A DNA stretch of 64,000 bases from Camelus ferus (lineage: Eukaryota), in contig NC_045708.1 in the NCBI RefSeq assembly GCF_009834535.1, positions 29,636,001 to 29,700,000 on the forward strand, written 5' to 3'. The position numbers and the translations under genes are program-made. The notes beneath the pieces are model-generated. The model saw only the letters and a program-made list of their open reading frames with translations, was not told the DNA's origin and searched no databases. Numbering within the stretch: the stretch's first letter is position 1; every line of letters begins with the position of its first letter. Positions 1 to 12,822 of the stretch are shown one piece after another.

Positions 1-415
1 CAAAGGCTCTGCCCTTCCCATGCCTACGAAGCCCTCAGCGGGGGAGACTGACTCTGCCCCCAGTGGTCAGTCCCACCCCACGGGCTGATGAGCAGAGGCA
101 GCTGCTCTGTGGAACCAGGGGAAAGACAGCAACACCTTCAGTTCTCCCCTACGTGTGCACAGCACCTCACAGGCCACAGAGCCCTGCGGGCAGGAGTGCT
201 CTGTGCAGGGGCAGCCAGGGATCCCCAGCCTGTCCCAGAAGGATGCAGGCTGATGCCTCAAGATGTTCCTTTGGGCCGAGCAGCCACCTCCAAACTGTGA
301 TGTGCTCACTGTTGCTCTGCAGATTGCTGTATTTCCATGTGGTTGTTCATCTGATAAATCATAAGGTCCTTGAGTCAAGTGCTTGGTCACATTAATCTTA
401 TTAGTTGGCAAGTTT

Positions 416-740
416 GAACAGAGGGATGGACGAGAGAAGAACAGACTCCAGGAACAGATGCAAAGAGAGATTGGTGGGTGGATGGATGGGTGGGTGGAGC
501 ACACGTCCATCCATGGAAGGACAGACAGGAGGGTAAAAGGATGGGCAGGTAGATGGAAGGATGGATTAGTGTGAGGACAAATGGGAGAAGAGGAGGAACA
601 GATAAGATGAGAAAATAAATGGGAAGATAAATGGATAGGAAAACAAACTATTAGATGAGAGGATGGGAGAACTAGATAAATGGGAGAAGAGATGGGTGGT
701 GGATGGCTGAACAGGGAGAGACAGCCCAAGGATGGATGAA
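416..740. repeat. Degenerate (GGAT/AGAT)-like purine-rich low-complexity tract
   Basis: Repeated gatgg, gatgga and ataaatgg words with very few C. Confidence 0.7.
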
Positions 741-1639
741 AGGGTGCTTCTTAATCATTCTGAGAATTCTCGAGAACCTTAAGGTTTTGCTGAGAGAGTG
801 ATGGGAACCTTCAGCTGAGACTCCCTGAGGTGTGCAGGTCAAGGGCAGCAGGGATGGAGAGAAGCTGGTTCTTTCCCCCTTCCTCCCCTTAGTCCTACAC
901 TGTGACCTCATCCTTCCCAACTCAGGTTTTCCCCCTTCACCTGGTCAGAAACCTGGATCTTCTAATCCTGGCCAAATGGGGGGGCAAAGCCATAACTTCC
1001 AGGGTCATCCCAGGGTCAAAGGGTCCCCAAAGGTCCCTGTCCAGCATCGTGGGCCTCTGCTCTCACTGTTGTGAGCAGGCCTCAAGCCTGAGCAGGATGT
1101 CTAGAGGTGGGAAAGGCAGTTGGGGTCTCCCATGGGCCAGAGGAGCCGAATGTCCCCTGATGTTCCGGGACCAGCCCATCATCCCCTGACTACCCCAGAC
1201 CACAGGGGACTATGAACACTGCTCATTCTGGCTCTGATATTATTGCTATACATGTTCTGCCTGGACGATTTAGGTCTCTAGTCAACCAACTTAAATGCTG
1301 AGCACACAACGGGTGCATGAGATCCACGTGTGGGAAAGGCTCTTCTTGTTACAGAAGCAAAGTGTTGGAAGGAACCTCCCAGACCATGTGATCCACCCAC
1401 GCCAGGCCCAGGAGCTTCCTGCTTCTGTTCTGACTCTGGGCCCTGGTGCTGAGGATGCCATTGGACGAGATTATCGGCTGTCTCAGGGGACGGGATGGTC
1501 CCGCTCACCAACACGGTGAACCAACCAGCTGAGGCCACCCTGCCAGTTAGCGCAGAGCCCCGTTTGGAACCAGGCCTGGGGGACTCCAGGGGTATGGCCT
1601 GCTCCACACTGGCAGGATAGAACCAGGGTGTGTAGACGA

Positions 1640-1815
1640 GCACGGCCTTAGGTGTGAGTTGGGCTCTGCCACTGGCTAGCTGTGTGCTCTTGGGCAAGTT
1701 TCTAAACCTTCTGAGCCCGAGTTTCTGCAACTATAAAGTAATACCTACCTCTCGGGGACGCGGGGAGGAGCTGATGAGGAAACACGTGAGGCGTGGCAGC
1801 AGAGCGTGCCTGGCA
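1640..1815 (+). mobile_element. MIR
   Basis: ctctgccactggctagctgtgtgctcttgggcaagtttctaaaccttctgagc core. Confidence 0.7.
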
Positions 1816-4800
1816 GGGAGCAGGTGCCCACTGCGTTCCCCTCCCCCACAAACAGCCACTCTGGTGAGCACCCAGGAGGGCTCTGCCACAGCTGTGCTGC
1901 GTGTGGAGGGGAGAGATGCTGAGATGATGCTTGTGATGCAAATGGCTTTACCAGTCAGTCTGGGCTCAGGACCCCCAGGAGAAGGCACCAGGCGGCTCTG
2001 GACGCCGGCTTCTCCTCTGCCCCTGCCCCTGGAGGCTGCAGGGAGGAGTCGGGAGTCAGAGTGACTACCTGCACAGGCCGTGTGGTTACAGGGGCAGACA
2101 CCGGATGAGTAGCCCTGAGTGTCGTCCGGTGCCTTCCCTGATCCCCCTTCCTTGGGCCCGTCCCCTCCTCTGTGAATTGAAAGAGGTGTACCAAATGGCC
2201 ACAGGTGTCTTTTTCGGCCTGGAGACCCTTTTCCTGTCAAAGGTCAGAGCATTGGCTGATCAAGTAGAGTCCACAGCTTCTCACCATCGTCCCAGCCCCT
2301 GACTAAAAGCACGACAGTCCCAGAATGAACGAGGAAAGGCAAGTGGATGGAAAATGATGGGCATCTGGAACAGAGGTGGGCCCTCTGCAGAGGTCATCAG
2401 CCAATGACCCTCTCTGCCCCCTTTGGCCTTGAGTTTGGCCACCTGCCCTCCCTTGGTCCCCGAGGCCGGCCCCAAACTGCCACCTCTGTCCGGAGGAGAT
2501 CGGCGCAAGGGACTATGACCGGCACAGCCACTCTGCTGGTCTCTGGGAATCTTCTGAGAAGAGGACACTAGACTCCTGGCCCCCGAACATCCCAGTGGGC
2601 CCTGCCCGGCCCCACCCACTGAGATGCCCACCTCCGGCTAGCAGCCGGGGGCCAGAGCTGCCGCCACAACGTCTAACACAGAGACGGAGACACAGACAGG
2701 CAGACAGAGACGGACAGTAAGGGCTCCCTGGCCAGGCACAGCCACGTGGTGGTGACCGAGGGCCCTGAGGATCACAGGGCCCAGCCTCAGCTCTCACGCA
2801 GCCTGGCTCGGCCCAAATCTGAGACTGAAGGGAGGGAGAAGATGGGGGCAGCCGGATGTGGGCAGGAGCCCTGAGAGGCGAGTGCCAGTCCTGCTGCGTC
2901 CCTCACTCCTCATCCTGTGCAGAGAGAGCCAGGAGTGAGCTTGTGCCCTTTCCATCTGCCTCCTCCCCTCACTGGCCCCTCTCTGAGTCCCAGAGTTTGA
3001 GACTCCACTGTTTCAGATGCGCTCGCTGCTCTGGGTCTGGAAAGTGTCTTTCCAGAAGCCTCCAGGAGCATTTGCAGAGAGCTTAGCACTCTCCCCATCC
3101 TAGGGTGAGTGCAAATTCCTGGGCGGGGCCTTCAGGGCTCCACCCTAAGTCTCCACCCCCGAGGCTCCATCCTCAGGGCATGGGAAGGGCTTGCAGATCC
3201 TCCACTCAGGTTATGTGCTCTGGACCCTCCAGTGCTCTGTCCTGGCTCAGAGGGACCCAGGAAGGTACTGCAGATATTGGAGTTGTGGCTTCCACTGCAG
3301 GAATTTCCTGGAAAATTTCCTGCCAGGGACCTAGGACCCTCTCAGACCTGGCAGAAAAAGACCAGGCCTGTTCTCTCAATAAAGTCAGAGGGAATTGAAT
3401 CGGGGCCCCTTGGGGAGATTGTCCTGGCTAGGAACTCAGCCAGATGGGTTTTTGCCGTCTCACGTGGCAGGATGGTGGCTCCCTGAGGCGGCAGGCCGCT
3501 CTGCATGGCCCTGGGCTGGGAGCACTCTCAGGACTGGGCTCCTCATGTAGAGAACAGAACAGCACGGTCCCCAGGACACACCCTGGGAATAGGGGCAGCA
3601 GTTGGGATCCATTCTGGAGGCCACCTGATTTTGCTCCTCCTTCCCGACAAGGGAGGAGCTCCTCACAGGGAGGAAGACGGTGAGGGTGCTGGCCAGGAGG
3701 CTGAGGTCTTGGCTTCTAGTTACAGCTCCAGCTTTAACAGTCATTTCTGATTTTGGGGACCCATTTTCTTCACCTTCAAGGGTGACTTGGACAAAAGGTT
3801 TTTCAGCATTCAGAGTCAAAGTCTGTTATTTACATTGCTCGTCAATTATTCCCATCTCTCTCCTGGCCACTAAGGCCGGAGGAAGTGGGACTGCAGGGGG
3901 CGCATGGGGGACAGAGCCCACGCCCAGGGCCGAGGCATGCTCCAGGCCTATCTGTCCTCTCCAGACACCCTCTCAAACATTGTTTATGAGACATCTAGAG
4001 AGAAGAGGGTGAGGGTGAGGAAGGTGGATGGGCGCCTCTACACACCCACACCTTGGCAGGCAAGTTCAAGTTCCACTTGAGAATGATGGTGGGAGGACAG
4101 AGTAGGGCAGGCTAACAGGGTCAGCAGATCAGAGCCGGGTACTCAGTCAGAGAGGGGGCCATGAGTCAGGGAAGGGGATAAACCATCCCCTGACCTAGCA
4201 CAGAGAGAACGGAAGGGGCTAGCAAGAGGAGGAGGAAGTGAGGAAAGCTGGGAGACTCCAAGGGGCCTCCTCAAAGCTGCTGCCCAAGCCTCTCTCCGGA
4301 GGCAGCTTTACCAACAGAAGGAAGGTCAACAGGCAGCAAAGCCGAATCTGCTCTCCAGTTCCATCCACTGAAAAACCACACGGCTCTGGTGGAGGCTGGT
4401 GTGGAGGCCCCCAACCTGCCAAAAGGAGAAAGCAGGACCCTCGTGCACAAATCCTGAGCCGGGAATCTGCAAAGCTCAAGAGGCTGAAGCCACCAGGGGT
4501 GCCAAGAGCCCCGGGCCTCCCTCTGAAGTGCTCGCTCTGCTCAACTGCCAGGAAGTAAGAGGCTGCGATGCCTTCCTGCCTGTCCTGCAGGTGCAGCCAA
4601 TGGAAGCAGCGGAGAAAAGCTCAGTCCGAGTCTCATGCATTCAGTCCCACTGGTCCACACCCGGGTCCTGGGTGGCTATAGCAGCCCAGGCCACCACCAC
4701 TGCAGCTTTCTGGATGCGTACACCCTCATCGGCCAGCCCTCCTGCCTGTCACAGGTGACTGCCGGAGCCTGAGTTGACCCTGCTGTGCAGTGTGGCGGGG

Positions 4801-5094
4801 GCGGGAATGACGGGGCTGCCCATCTGGGTGTGGGGAGGGCCCAGCCCTGTGCTGAGAGCTGCAAAGAAGCTGGACAGAGTGGGAACATGGTCTGAGTGGT
4901 GAGGCAGGGTGGAGGCAGGGGCAAACTCTGGCATGAGAAGTGACCATGCGAGTGTGTTAAGTGGCTCGTGGTGGAATGGATTTCCAAACTCAAGAGTGGC
5001 AGTGACCAGGGTGGATGCTGGAGCTTATCAGATCGATGGATAAAGGGCCAAGGGGACATGCAAAACGAAGGGGGATGAGATCGAATACAAAACC

Positions 5095-5295
5095 AGGCGC
5101 TGTGCGCTAGAGTGCCACCGCCTGGCGGCGGCGGGAATCGCGCAGGTTGGGTGGAGGGACCCCGTGGGATCCAAGACGATGGGCGGGGCAGCCACGGGGC
5201 GCCACCGCCCAGTCTGGAGCGGGTTGCTCTGCCACTAGGGAGCCCAGGAATCCGGCGGTGCCCAGGCCCCAGGCAGAGAGGTCCGGGCCCCGGGC
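5095..5295. promoter_or_regulatory. Small intronic CpG-rich patch with GC box and CTCF-like motif
   Basis: About 19 CpG in 200 bp by hand count; GGGCGGGG at 5181-5188; CAGCCACGGGGCGC at 5189-5202. Confidence 0.45.
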
Positions 5296-5349
5296 TCTGT
5301 GCTGGGGCTCCCAGAGGGGAGCTCCCTGCAGCAGGCAGGGCCAGTGCCC

Positions 5350-5569
5350 NNNNNNNNNNNNNNNNNNNNNNNNNNNNNNNNNNNNNNNNNNNNNNNNNNN
5401 NNNNNNNNNNNNNNNNNNNNNNNNNNNNNNNNNNNNNNNNNNNNNNNNNNNNNNNNNNNNNNNNNNNNNNNNNNNNNNNNNNNNNNNNNNNNNNNNNNNN
5501 NNNNNNNNNNNNNNNNNNNNNNNNNNNNNNNNNNNNNNNNNNNNNNNNNNNNNNNNNNNNNNNNNNNNN
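5350..5569 (-). CDS. HIVEP3: Inferred, unseen HIVEP3 zinc-finger exon (human exon 6 equivalent, about 176 nt) inside a 220-nt N-run
   Basis: A minus-strand polypyrimidine tract (ctgcctcttctcctcgttttttgttc) abuts the gap. I found no YKSNEEY/CEECGIRC coding sequence elsewhere in 1-40098. Gap size fits exon plus short flanks. Inference only. Confidence 0.55.
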
Positions 5570-6867
5570 GAACAAAAAACGAGGAGAAGAGGCAGGTTCC
5601 CACCTCAGAAGATGCACGCGCTTCCTGGCCGCATCCAGCCCTTAGGGTAGTTGGGAGAGGAGGACGCGGAGCAGAGAGAACCACGGGTGGGGCGGGGGGA
5701 TGCACCATGGACCCTGCACCTGCCCTGCCCTCAGACAGGTGGGGCCACCCCCTCCTCTCCCTCGAAGGCAGCAGACCCTGGTGCTCCCTGCTGAGAGGGA
5801 AGCCACAGATGCGCAGAGGGCCTCTCTTCCAGATCCAGCCTTGGCACCAGCTTATGCTCCCAAAGAACAGCCACTCTGGGCCACCACGTAACCAAGAGAG
5901 TAGAACAGGTAACAACCACAGTTCTGGCAGCCACCACAGACCAAGTGCTCACCCTGGGCTGGGCCCTTGGCCCAAATTAAATCACAGTCATGAGAAAGAG
6001 CCCTTAAAAGCCTGAGGCTTCCACAGCCAGAAAGGGACAGAAGTTGATCTGAACCTGCCTGCCCCAGAGCCTGTCCACCTCCCATGAGGGGCGACAGGCA
6101 CTAAACCAGTCTGCTAGGAGGCTGCCCAGACACATGTGGGAGGCGGGGACCACCAACATTTCCCTGCCCTGAGCCTGGAAACTGGGGGCCCGGCGCTTGC
6201 TCCCAAACCCCATCTCCAGCAGAGCTGGAAGCTCTGGGGGACCCAGATTCCAGCCATCTGGCCTCTCACTCGGCCTCCAGGGATCACCTAAGGTCACAGT
6301 GGGAAGTGCTAATAGCTGTCAGGAGCCTCTGGGGGCAGCCGGCACACCTGCTGGGCCTCAGGGCCACTGCTGCTCTCAGCCCTGGATCAGGGTGCTCTTA
6401 CGTCCACTTAGACGGAAACGCACCAGTCTCACAAGGCTCACTCCATCCTCATCAAAACGCCATGTTGGTCTAGTGCTCTAGATGTTTTGACGGAGAGACG
6501 GCTGCGATGGGGCCGAGGGAGGGGATCCTGGCATTATTCCAGGAGAAAAGCTTTCTGACTCATGGGGGCCTGTGGGCCTGGGGAGAGGTGTGGCCTCTTG
6601 GTCTGCCAGTGTGCCTCCAACACCCAGCAAGAGGCCTGCCCGGGCCCCACATTCACCCTGCACATCACCCCCTGCCCAGAAGGTACGTCACCCAAACTTG
6701 GGGGAGGGGGGCTGTGCAGAGAGGCAGGGAGGGGCCTGGGGGAGGTGAGGAAGTGACAACAGCTGGTGCTCAATCCTGGTCCTCTGGGGCCATCAGCTTC
6801 CAGCTGAGAGGATGTCACAAGGATGGGCTTGCAAGAGGGGACACAAAGGGAGGGAGCCATCAGGAGT

Positions 6868-7070
6868 GATCACCAACACAAACACGTACCCGTCCACGCT
6901 CACACACACTCACCTGCACTCACACACATTCACCACCTCCCCACTCTCATACTCAAATGCATACACTCCCAGGTACTCACACACCACCAACACCCACACT
7001 GACACACCCCTATATTCCTCACTCTCTCACACATGTACTCACACACACACGCACTCACACGCACTCACAC
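6868..7070. repeat. Degenerate (CA)n low-complexity tract
   Basis: cacacacactcacctgcactcacacac... seen directly. Confidence 0.8.
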
Positions 7071-9609
7071 AGGGACCACTGGCTGAGAGTACAAGTGGAT
7101 CCTGGTTTTGTCGCCTTGGCTTGGGCCAACCGACATCGCTCAAGTTGTCTAAAACTGCCCTTTCCTCCTTTTATGGGAGGCCAGTTTCAGGCGCCCAGTC
7201 CTCAGGCTGGGGGCCAAACTTTCCCTGGGTCTAGGGCAAAGCAGGATGTCACTTTTAAGGGGGAGAACAGAAGGCCCAGGAGGGTGGTGGGGAGAAGTGA
7301 CTCACTTTGCTCTCGGGAAGAGCGCCCTGTGGGCAAACACAGGGCGTCTGTCTCCCGGTAGTGCTGGAGGTTCACCCTCACGCACGCAGCAGGCCTCCGG
7401 GACCCCAACCAGCTACCACACCCTGGATTTGACTTCCTGGTTCCCTCTGTTCCCCAGGACCCAGGCTGAGCTGGGCACCCTTCTCCTAGCTGGAGAGAAA
7501 GAAACGAGAAGGGCTTGGTCTCCCTTTGGCACTGGACACCGACCTCCACTCGGCCTTGCTCGACGGAGACACGACCCCTCTCCTCCCACTTCCAACCGTG
7601 ACGGTACCTTCCCGGCCCCCTTCCTTCACCCCCTGCTCCGGTGGGCACTGTGAGGGCCTCCCGGAACACAAGCCCACGCTGCCCTGACTTCTACCACATC
7701 TGGGCTTCCCTCTGTGCTCAAGCCAGCTCAGATGCAGGCATGGAGTTCACCTACCTGGGCTGCGCTCAGCCCCTTCATTCTCCCTCTGTAGCGAGCTTAA
7801 ACCACACGAGGTTATCCAAATGGAGATGCACACACACACAGAGGAAGGACTCTGCTTGAGCCTTCAAGGGCGGTGCCCTGGCTCGGGTGTTGGGTGGGGA
7901 GGCACCACTTCGTCATGCTCTGTGGAAGGTGCACAACTCCTGGGCTGGGAGGGGCCGGAGAGGATGCTGAGGTACAGAGGCAGGAAGGGAGGACTCCAGG
8001 TAGGGACTCCAGGAGCAAAGGCATGTGTGTTAAGAGACCTGGAGCGTTTGGTGAGCAGGAAGGCTGGGTCACCGTCAGCCTTGAATGCCATGCTAAGATG
8101 TTTAGGCTAGTCAAAGTTGTCTTAAAGAAAGCCTCAAGAGAGGACACTTCCCTGGCACCACAGGGAGTGGTCTGGAAGAGGAGGGACTCAGAGTCTGATA
8201 CATGCACGCGTTCTAGCACAGGGAATCGAGGCCTTCTGGGTGTAGACTCCACAGCTTTGGCGGCTGTCTGGACAATGTAGGGGCCACCTTGAAGGAGTAA
8301 CAAAGATGGCAAGTGTTCAACTTGGCCAGCTCAATGGCACCATCCACGGGCTTATAGAGAAATGGTACAGGACTCTAGTCTTTAACTGCTGAGTGTGAGA
8401 TACTTGTGAGGGAGACATGAAGAAGCGTCTAGTACACAGCTGGGCATTCGTGGGACTCAGGCCAGGACATGTTGATTTGTGAGGAGGGAGGCGGCCCCTC
8501 AAGAGAGCGTGAAAACAGGAAGAGGATGGGGAGAGGGACTGGGAGACACCCAAATGTGAGGGTGGGTAGAAAGATGGCACCAAAACCCATCCCCTAGCAG
8601 AGGTCTCCTGTTAGGGAGACAGGAGAGAGGACGGGCGCCAGCAGTACCCAGCTCACAGAGATCTGGAGGAGGGTAGCCTCTGGGGGTCCCGGGACTTGAA
8701 GAGGGCAGTCCTGGTTGGCTGGCCTGGAGCCTGTGACTTCTCTGCTCCCTGGAGGCCAGTACTGGGGTTTATACAGCTTGGTGGTTCCCAAAGGGCCAGG
8801 TCCAGGGACAGGTGTGGGGCAGCTGTCCAGCGTGGGCTGGGCCCTCTTCCCTCTTCCTGCCCAGCTCGGGATCAGCCCCTCCCGCCAATGCAAGGCCCCA
8901 CCCCGGAAGGTCCTAGCCCTTCCCTGGTAGCTTCCAGCCTCCCTTCTGACACATTTCCCACCACCATCGACGCAAGCTCAGTTATCTCGGCACCAACCAC
9001 CCAGCTCCGAAGTCTCCCTGGACCTCAGCCGGCTCCGGCTACCACTCCAGCTGCTTCTCTTCTCAGCCCAAGTCTGGAAAGGGCTGTCATGTTTGCAGTC
9101 ACACCTCCTCACCAGCTCCCCTGCTGACTGTTCCTGCCAAGGTCGCAGGTTGCTAAATCCAAGTGACAGAGGCTTTATCCTGTGGGCCCTGCCGCCTGGC
9201 CTCCAGAGGTACCTGCTGGCTTGATGACCCCATTCCCTGCCTACAGGGTCTCCTGGGCAGCAAGCTCCTTCTTTGCCCACCCCCTCCCTGGCAGGTGCTC
9301 CCCAGGGGCCACCTGCATTCTTCCCTCACACCTTCCTCCAGGGGAGCTCCCCCTGCACATGCCTGACTTTCCACCTGGATGTTGGCTTCCCTGTCTCTCT
9401 CTCCAGCTCTGACCTCTCTGCTGTACATCCAACCGCCCCCTCGGCATCTCCCTGGTGGTCTTCAGGCACGTCACCCTCCACGTCCAACACCACAATTCCA
9501 TGTCCTCTCACCCGTACCACTGCCTCCTGGGTCCCCCTTGTCAGTAAATGGCACAAACACCCCATCATTGGCCAGGCCAGCATCCTTGGTGCCTCAGTGT
9601 CCTTCACTC

Positions 9610-9750
9610 TTTCTTATTTATTTTTGCTTATTTTTTGGGGTTAGGGGAAGGTAATTAGGTTTATTTATTTTAATGGAGGTACTGGGGATTGATCCCAGGA
9701 CTTTGTGTATGCTAAGTGCGCACTTTACCACTGAGCTATACCCTTCCCCC
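9610..9750 (-). mobile_element. tRNA-Ala(AGC)-derived SINE (camelid type, probably vic-1 family)
   Basis: Head GGGTATAGCTCAGTGGTAAAGTGCGCACTTAGCATACACAAAGTCCTGGGATCAATCCCCAGTACCTCCA, then ATAAATAAACCTAATTACC and an A-rich tail. Confidence 0.85.
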
Positions 9751-11659
9751 TTCTCACTCTTCGTAGTCAATCCATCACCACCACCTGTCAATGCTACAGC
9801 CCACACAGGCTCCAGGAATGTCCACCTCCTTGTCCCCCCCACCTCCCCCCGGCATCCTTTCTTCACGAAACAGCAGGAGGGAGCTCTCCCCAGATAATTC
9901 CAGTCCTGCAACCTCCCAGCCTAGGGGCCCCATTCAATGCTCCTCGGCTGCTGTCAGGATAAAGGCTGGTGCAGAAGGCCCAGGGCACCACCCGGCCCAG
10001 CTACCTCCCCAGCTCTTCTCCTACCAGTTCTTGCCCATCCCCCCCCCCCCGCTGCACTTTCTTGCCAACCACACCCAACATCATCCAGTGCCCCTGAGTC
10101 CCTTTTCTCTGGTCTTCCTTCCGCCTGGCCCTCCATTGCCTGCTACTGTCTGAACAGCTCCTCTCTCCTTTAGGGCTTTGCCAAAAGGCCCCTTCCTTCA
10201 GAGCCCTCTCCCTCACCTCTGGGCCTGGGGTCCCACCCACTCCTTCACTGCACCTGTCGGGCTCTGTGTACTGTAGTGGCCTTTGGCTGTGTGGTCCCAA
10301 TCCATCCCATGGTGGGGGGCCACATCCACCTCATTCACTAGTGCATCCCCATGGCCTAGCATGGTGCCTGATACCCAGCAAGTGCTCAGTACTCATTGGC
10401 TGCCCGCAGGAAATCCAAGCCAAGGCCTTCTTTCCTCACTTCTTCTAAAGCCTCTTGGCTGAGACGCTCCCATTCCACAAGTTTCTGAGCGCAAGTTCAA
10501 CAGGATACTCTCGGCTCTCCACGGACATGGCACATGGTCAGTCCCTCCTAACCATGATGGACTGGCTGGCTGGACACTCCCCACTTTCTGGCAGGAACTG
10601 CTCTGCTCGTAGGGTGAAGGTCAGCACAAGGCCTGGGTCTAAGTTCTGGCTCCTGTGTGAACTTGCTGGGTGACCTCGGGTAAGTCTCTTCCCCTCCCTT
10701 GGAAATAGTCAATCTTCCTTGCCCTTAGATACACCAGCCACTGCCACATGCCTGACATCATTCAGTCCTCCCATCAACCCCTCACCATTGCCCCCATTTT
10801 ATAGAAAAGGTAGCCAAGACCCAAAGAGTTCAAGTGACATGGCCGAGATCACCCCATCAGTGATCTGTCCACTTAGCACCCTGTCCTCTCACAGATGCTG
10901 CACAGATGCTTTTAGGTGATGCTGACCAAGGAATTCTCTGCGATTCCTGGGGCCTGTAACAAGGCAGACAAACGAGAATGGCATTGCTCTCCCCCTAGCT
11001 CTTCCTGAAAGGCCGCCAGCTCTAGGTGGGATCACAGGTGTTGACAGCCGCAGAAAAATGCCCTGCAAGGAGCCAGGAAAGGAAGCCAGAGAAGCATGAT
11101 GGGGCCCTCAGGGGCCTGGTCCAGCCTCCCAGGTCTGCTGGCTCCCCACCCCCACCCTCCACTGGAGGCTGCTCTTCACTGGGGAGGAAGTGCCCGCCTG
11201 ACTCCCTGCCTGTTCCAAGCCTGCAAGACAGTTCATCGTTCACAGGCCTGGGTACAGCTGACTCACCACTCTCTGAGCTCCACCTCCTGCCTGTCTTCTG
11301 CTGCCCCAACAAGCCAGGGAGGGGTGTCAGCCAGTCTGGAAAATGTTTAGTTTTGTTCTTAAAGAAAAAGGGCTATTTCTGTGGATTCCAGAATGTCTTA
11401 GTTAGAGGGACCTTGAGCTTGACTGCCTGGGGCCCAAGGAGCAGCACTGAGGAGCAGTGCTGGAGCTTAGGTCTCCTGATTGTGACCATGGCACCAGAGG
11501 TCCCAGAGCCCCACCCGTAAGTGGCTTTCTGTTCTGCTGCCTTGGGTCCAGAGGTGAGTGAGGCTGCCAGGAGGGGTGTGGAGCTGCCAGAATCTTCTAG
11601 ATCTGTTTTCATTCTTACGCTGCAGCTCTAAGACTCATGGACTCAAAAGAAAAGAAAAA

Positions 11660-11820
11660 GAATCTCACACAATCCTTTAATCAGGAGGATCTTATTATCT
11701 TTAACTAACAGAGAAGGAAACAGAAACAGAGAGGTTGTGCATCTTGCCCAAAGTCACAAGGCAGCTAAAAAGCGGCAAAGCAGGGACTGGACCCCAGATC
11801 TGACCTCAGTGCTCTTATGC
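11660..11820 (-). mobile_element. MIR
   Basis: cagagaggttgtgcatcttgcccaaagtcaca. Confidence 0.6.
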
Positions 11821-12074
11821 ACCACACAGTCTGGCTTCCTGCCTGGAGCAACTTCTTCTCCAATCCTGCAGCTGGAGATGCTGAGCAGCACATGACCCTT
11901 TAGATTGTGGCTCTACACTCTGCAGGCATTTCTGAAACCTGAGGCTTCCAAAAAGCACTTGGGAACTCAGAGCACAGCTTCCAGAAGAGGGGATGTAGTG
12001 GGAATTAAATGGCATTTCTGTAAGGTGATGGGGGAGTTGCTGTTCTTGGGCTGTCCGTGTGATGAAGACTCAGC

Positions 12075-12145
12075 AGTGAAGCTGCTCTGTGAGGTAGTGA
12101 GCTCCCCGTCACTAGTGCTGTTTGCCCAGAGGACAGATGGACAGG
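12075..12145 (+). mobile_element. CR1/L3 3'-end fragment
   Basis: gaggtagtgagctccccgtcact motif. Confidence 0.6.
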
Positions 12146-12568
12146 CTGGGAGGCCGTGGAGCAGGAGGGAAGGAGTGGTTACTGCATGCCAACAACATGT
12201 CCAGCTCAGTGTTGCAGGGGGCTTCCAGTAGATTAGCCTGTTAATTCCTGTAGCAATACTATAAAATGGGTATATTTATCCACTAAATATGCCATATTTA
12301 TTACAATAAACATAAATAGACATATTCATTCCTGACCAAATGGAGGCTCAGGGCACTAAATGGGGTTGGCTGGCCACACAACTGAGCCAGGCAGAGGTAG
12401 CGTAAGGAGTCAGGGGTGGTAGGGACTGAAGTGAGCTGGAAGGCAGGGCACAGTCCCTCTCTAAAGGGACAGTGACTACACCTTTCCAGCCAAGTGTTGC
12501 ATAAGGCTGTCAGATCTTCCTGGTTTTCAAGAAAACCATAAATCCAGATTAAAAAAAACAAAACAAAA

Positions 12569-12822
12569 GTAATAATATTAGCATAACTTTATATAGCTCT
12601 TACTGGGTGCCAACCACTATTTTAAATGCTTTGTGTGTGTTACCTCATTTAAACTGCAAGGCAGCAGCCCTATGACACAGGGACTCTGATCATCCCCATT
12701 CACACAGAAGAAAATGGAGTCACAGAGAAGTTAAGTAACCTGCCCGAGGTCACACAGCCAGTAAGTTAACAGAGCCAGAATTTGAACCCAAGTCACCTGT
12801 TAACAAAGTCCAGGTGCTTAAT
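12569..12822 (-). mobile_element. MIR, near full length
   Basis: ccccatt...cacagagaagttaagtaacctgcccgaggtcacacagccagtaag...gaatttgaacccaag. Confidence 0.8.

Noticed and set aside
63-5617. Many 100-300 aa ORFs in the GC-rich intron
   Set aside because: Low complexity, non-ATG starts or read-through of Ns; no homology recognised.
9675-9745. Possible tRNA-Ala genes (also near 24335, 25280, 56105)
   Set aside because: Stem mismatches or deletions, SINE tails and a TSD show these are retrocopies.
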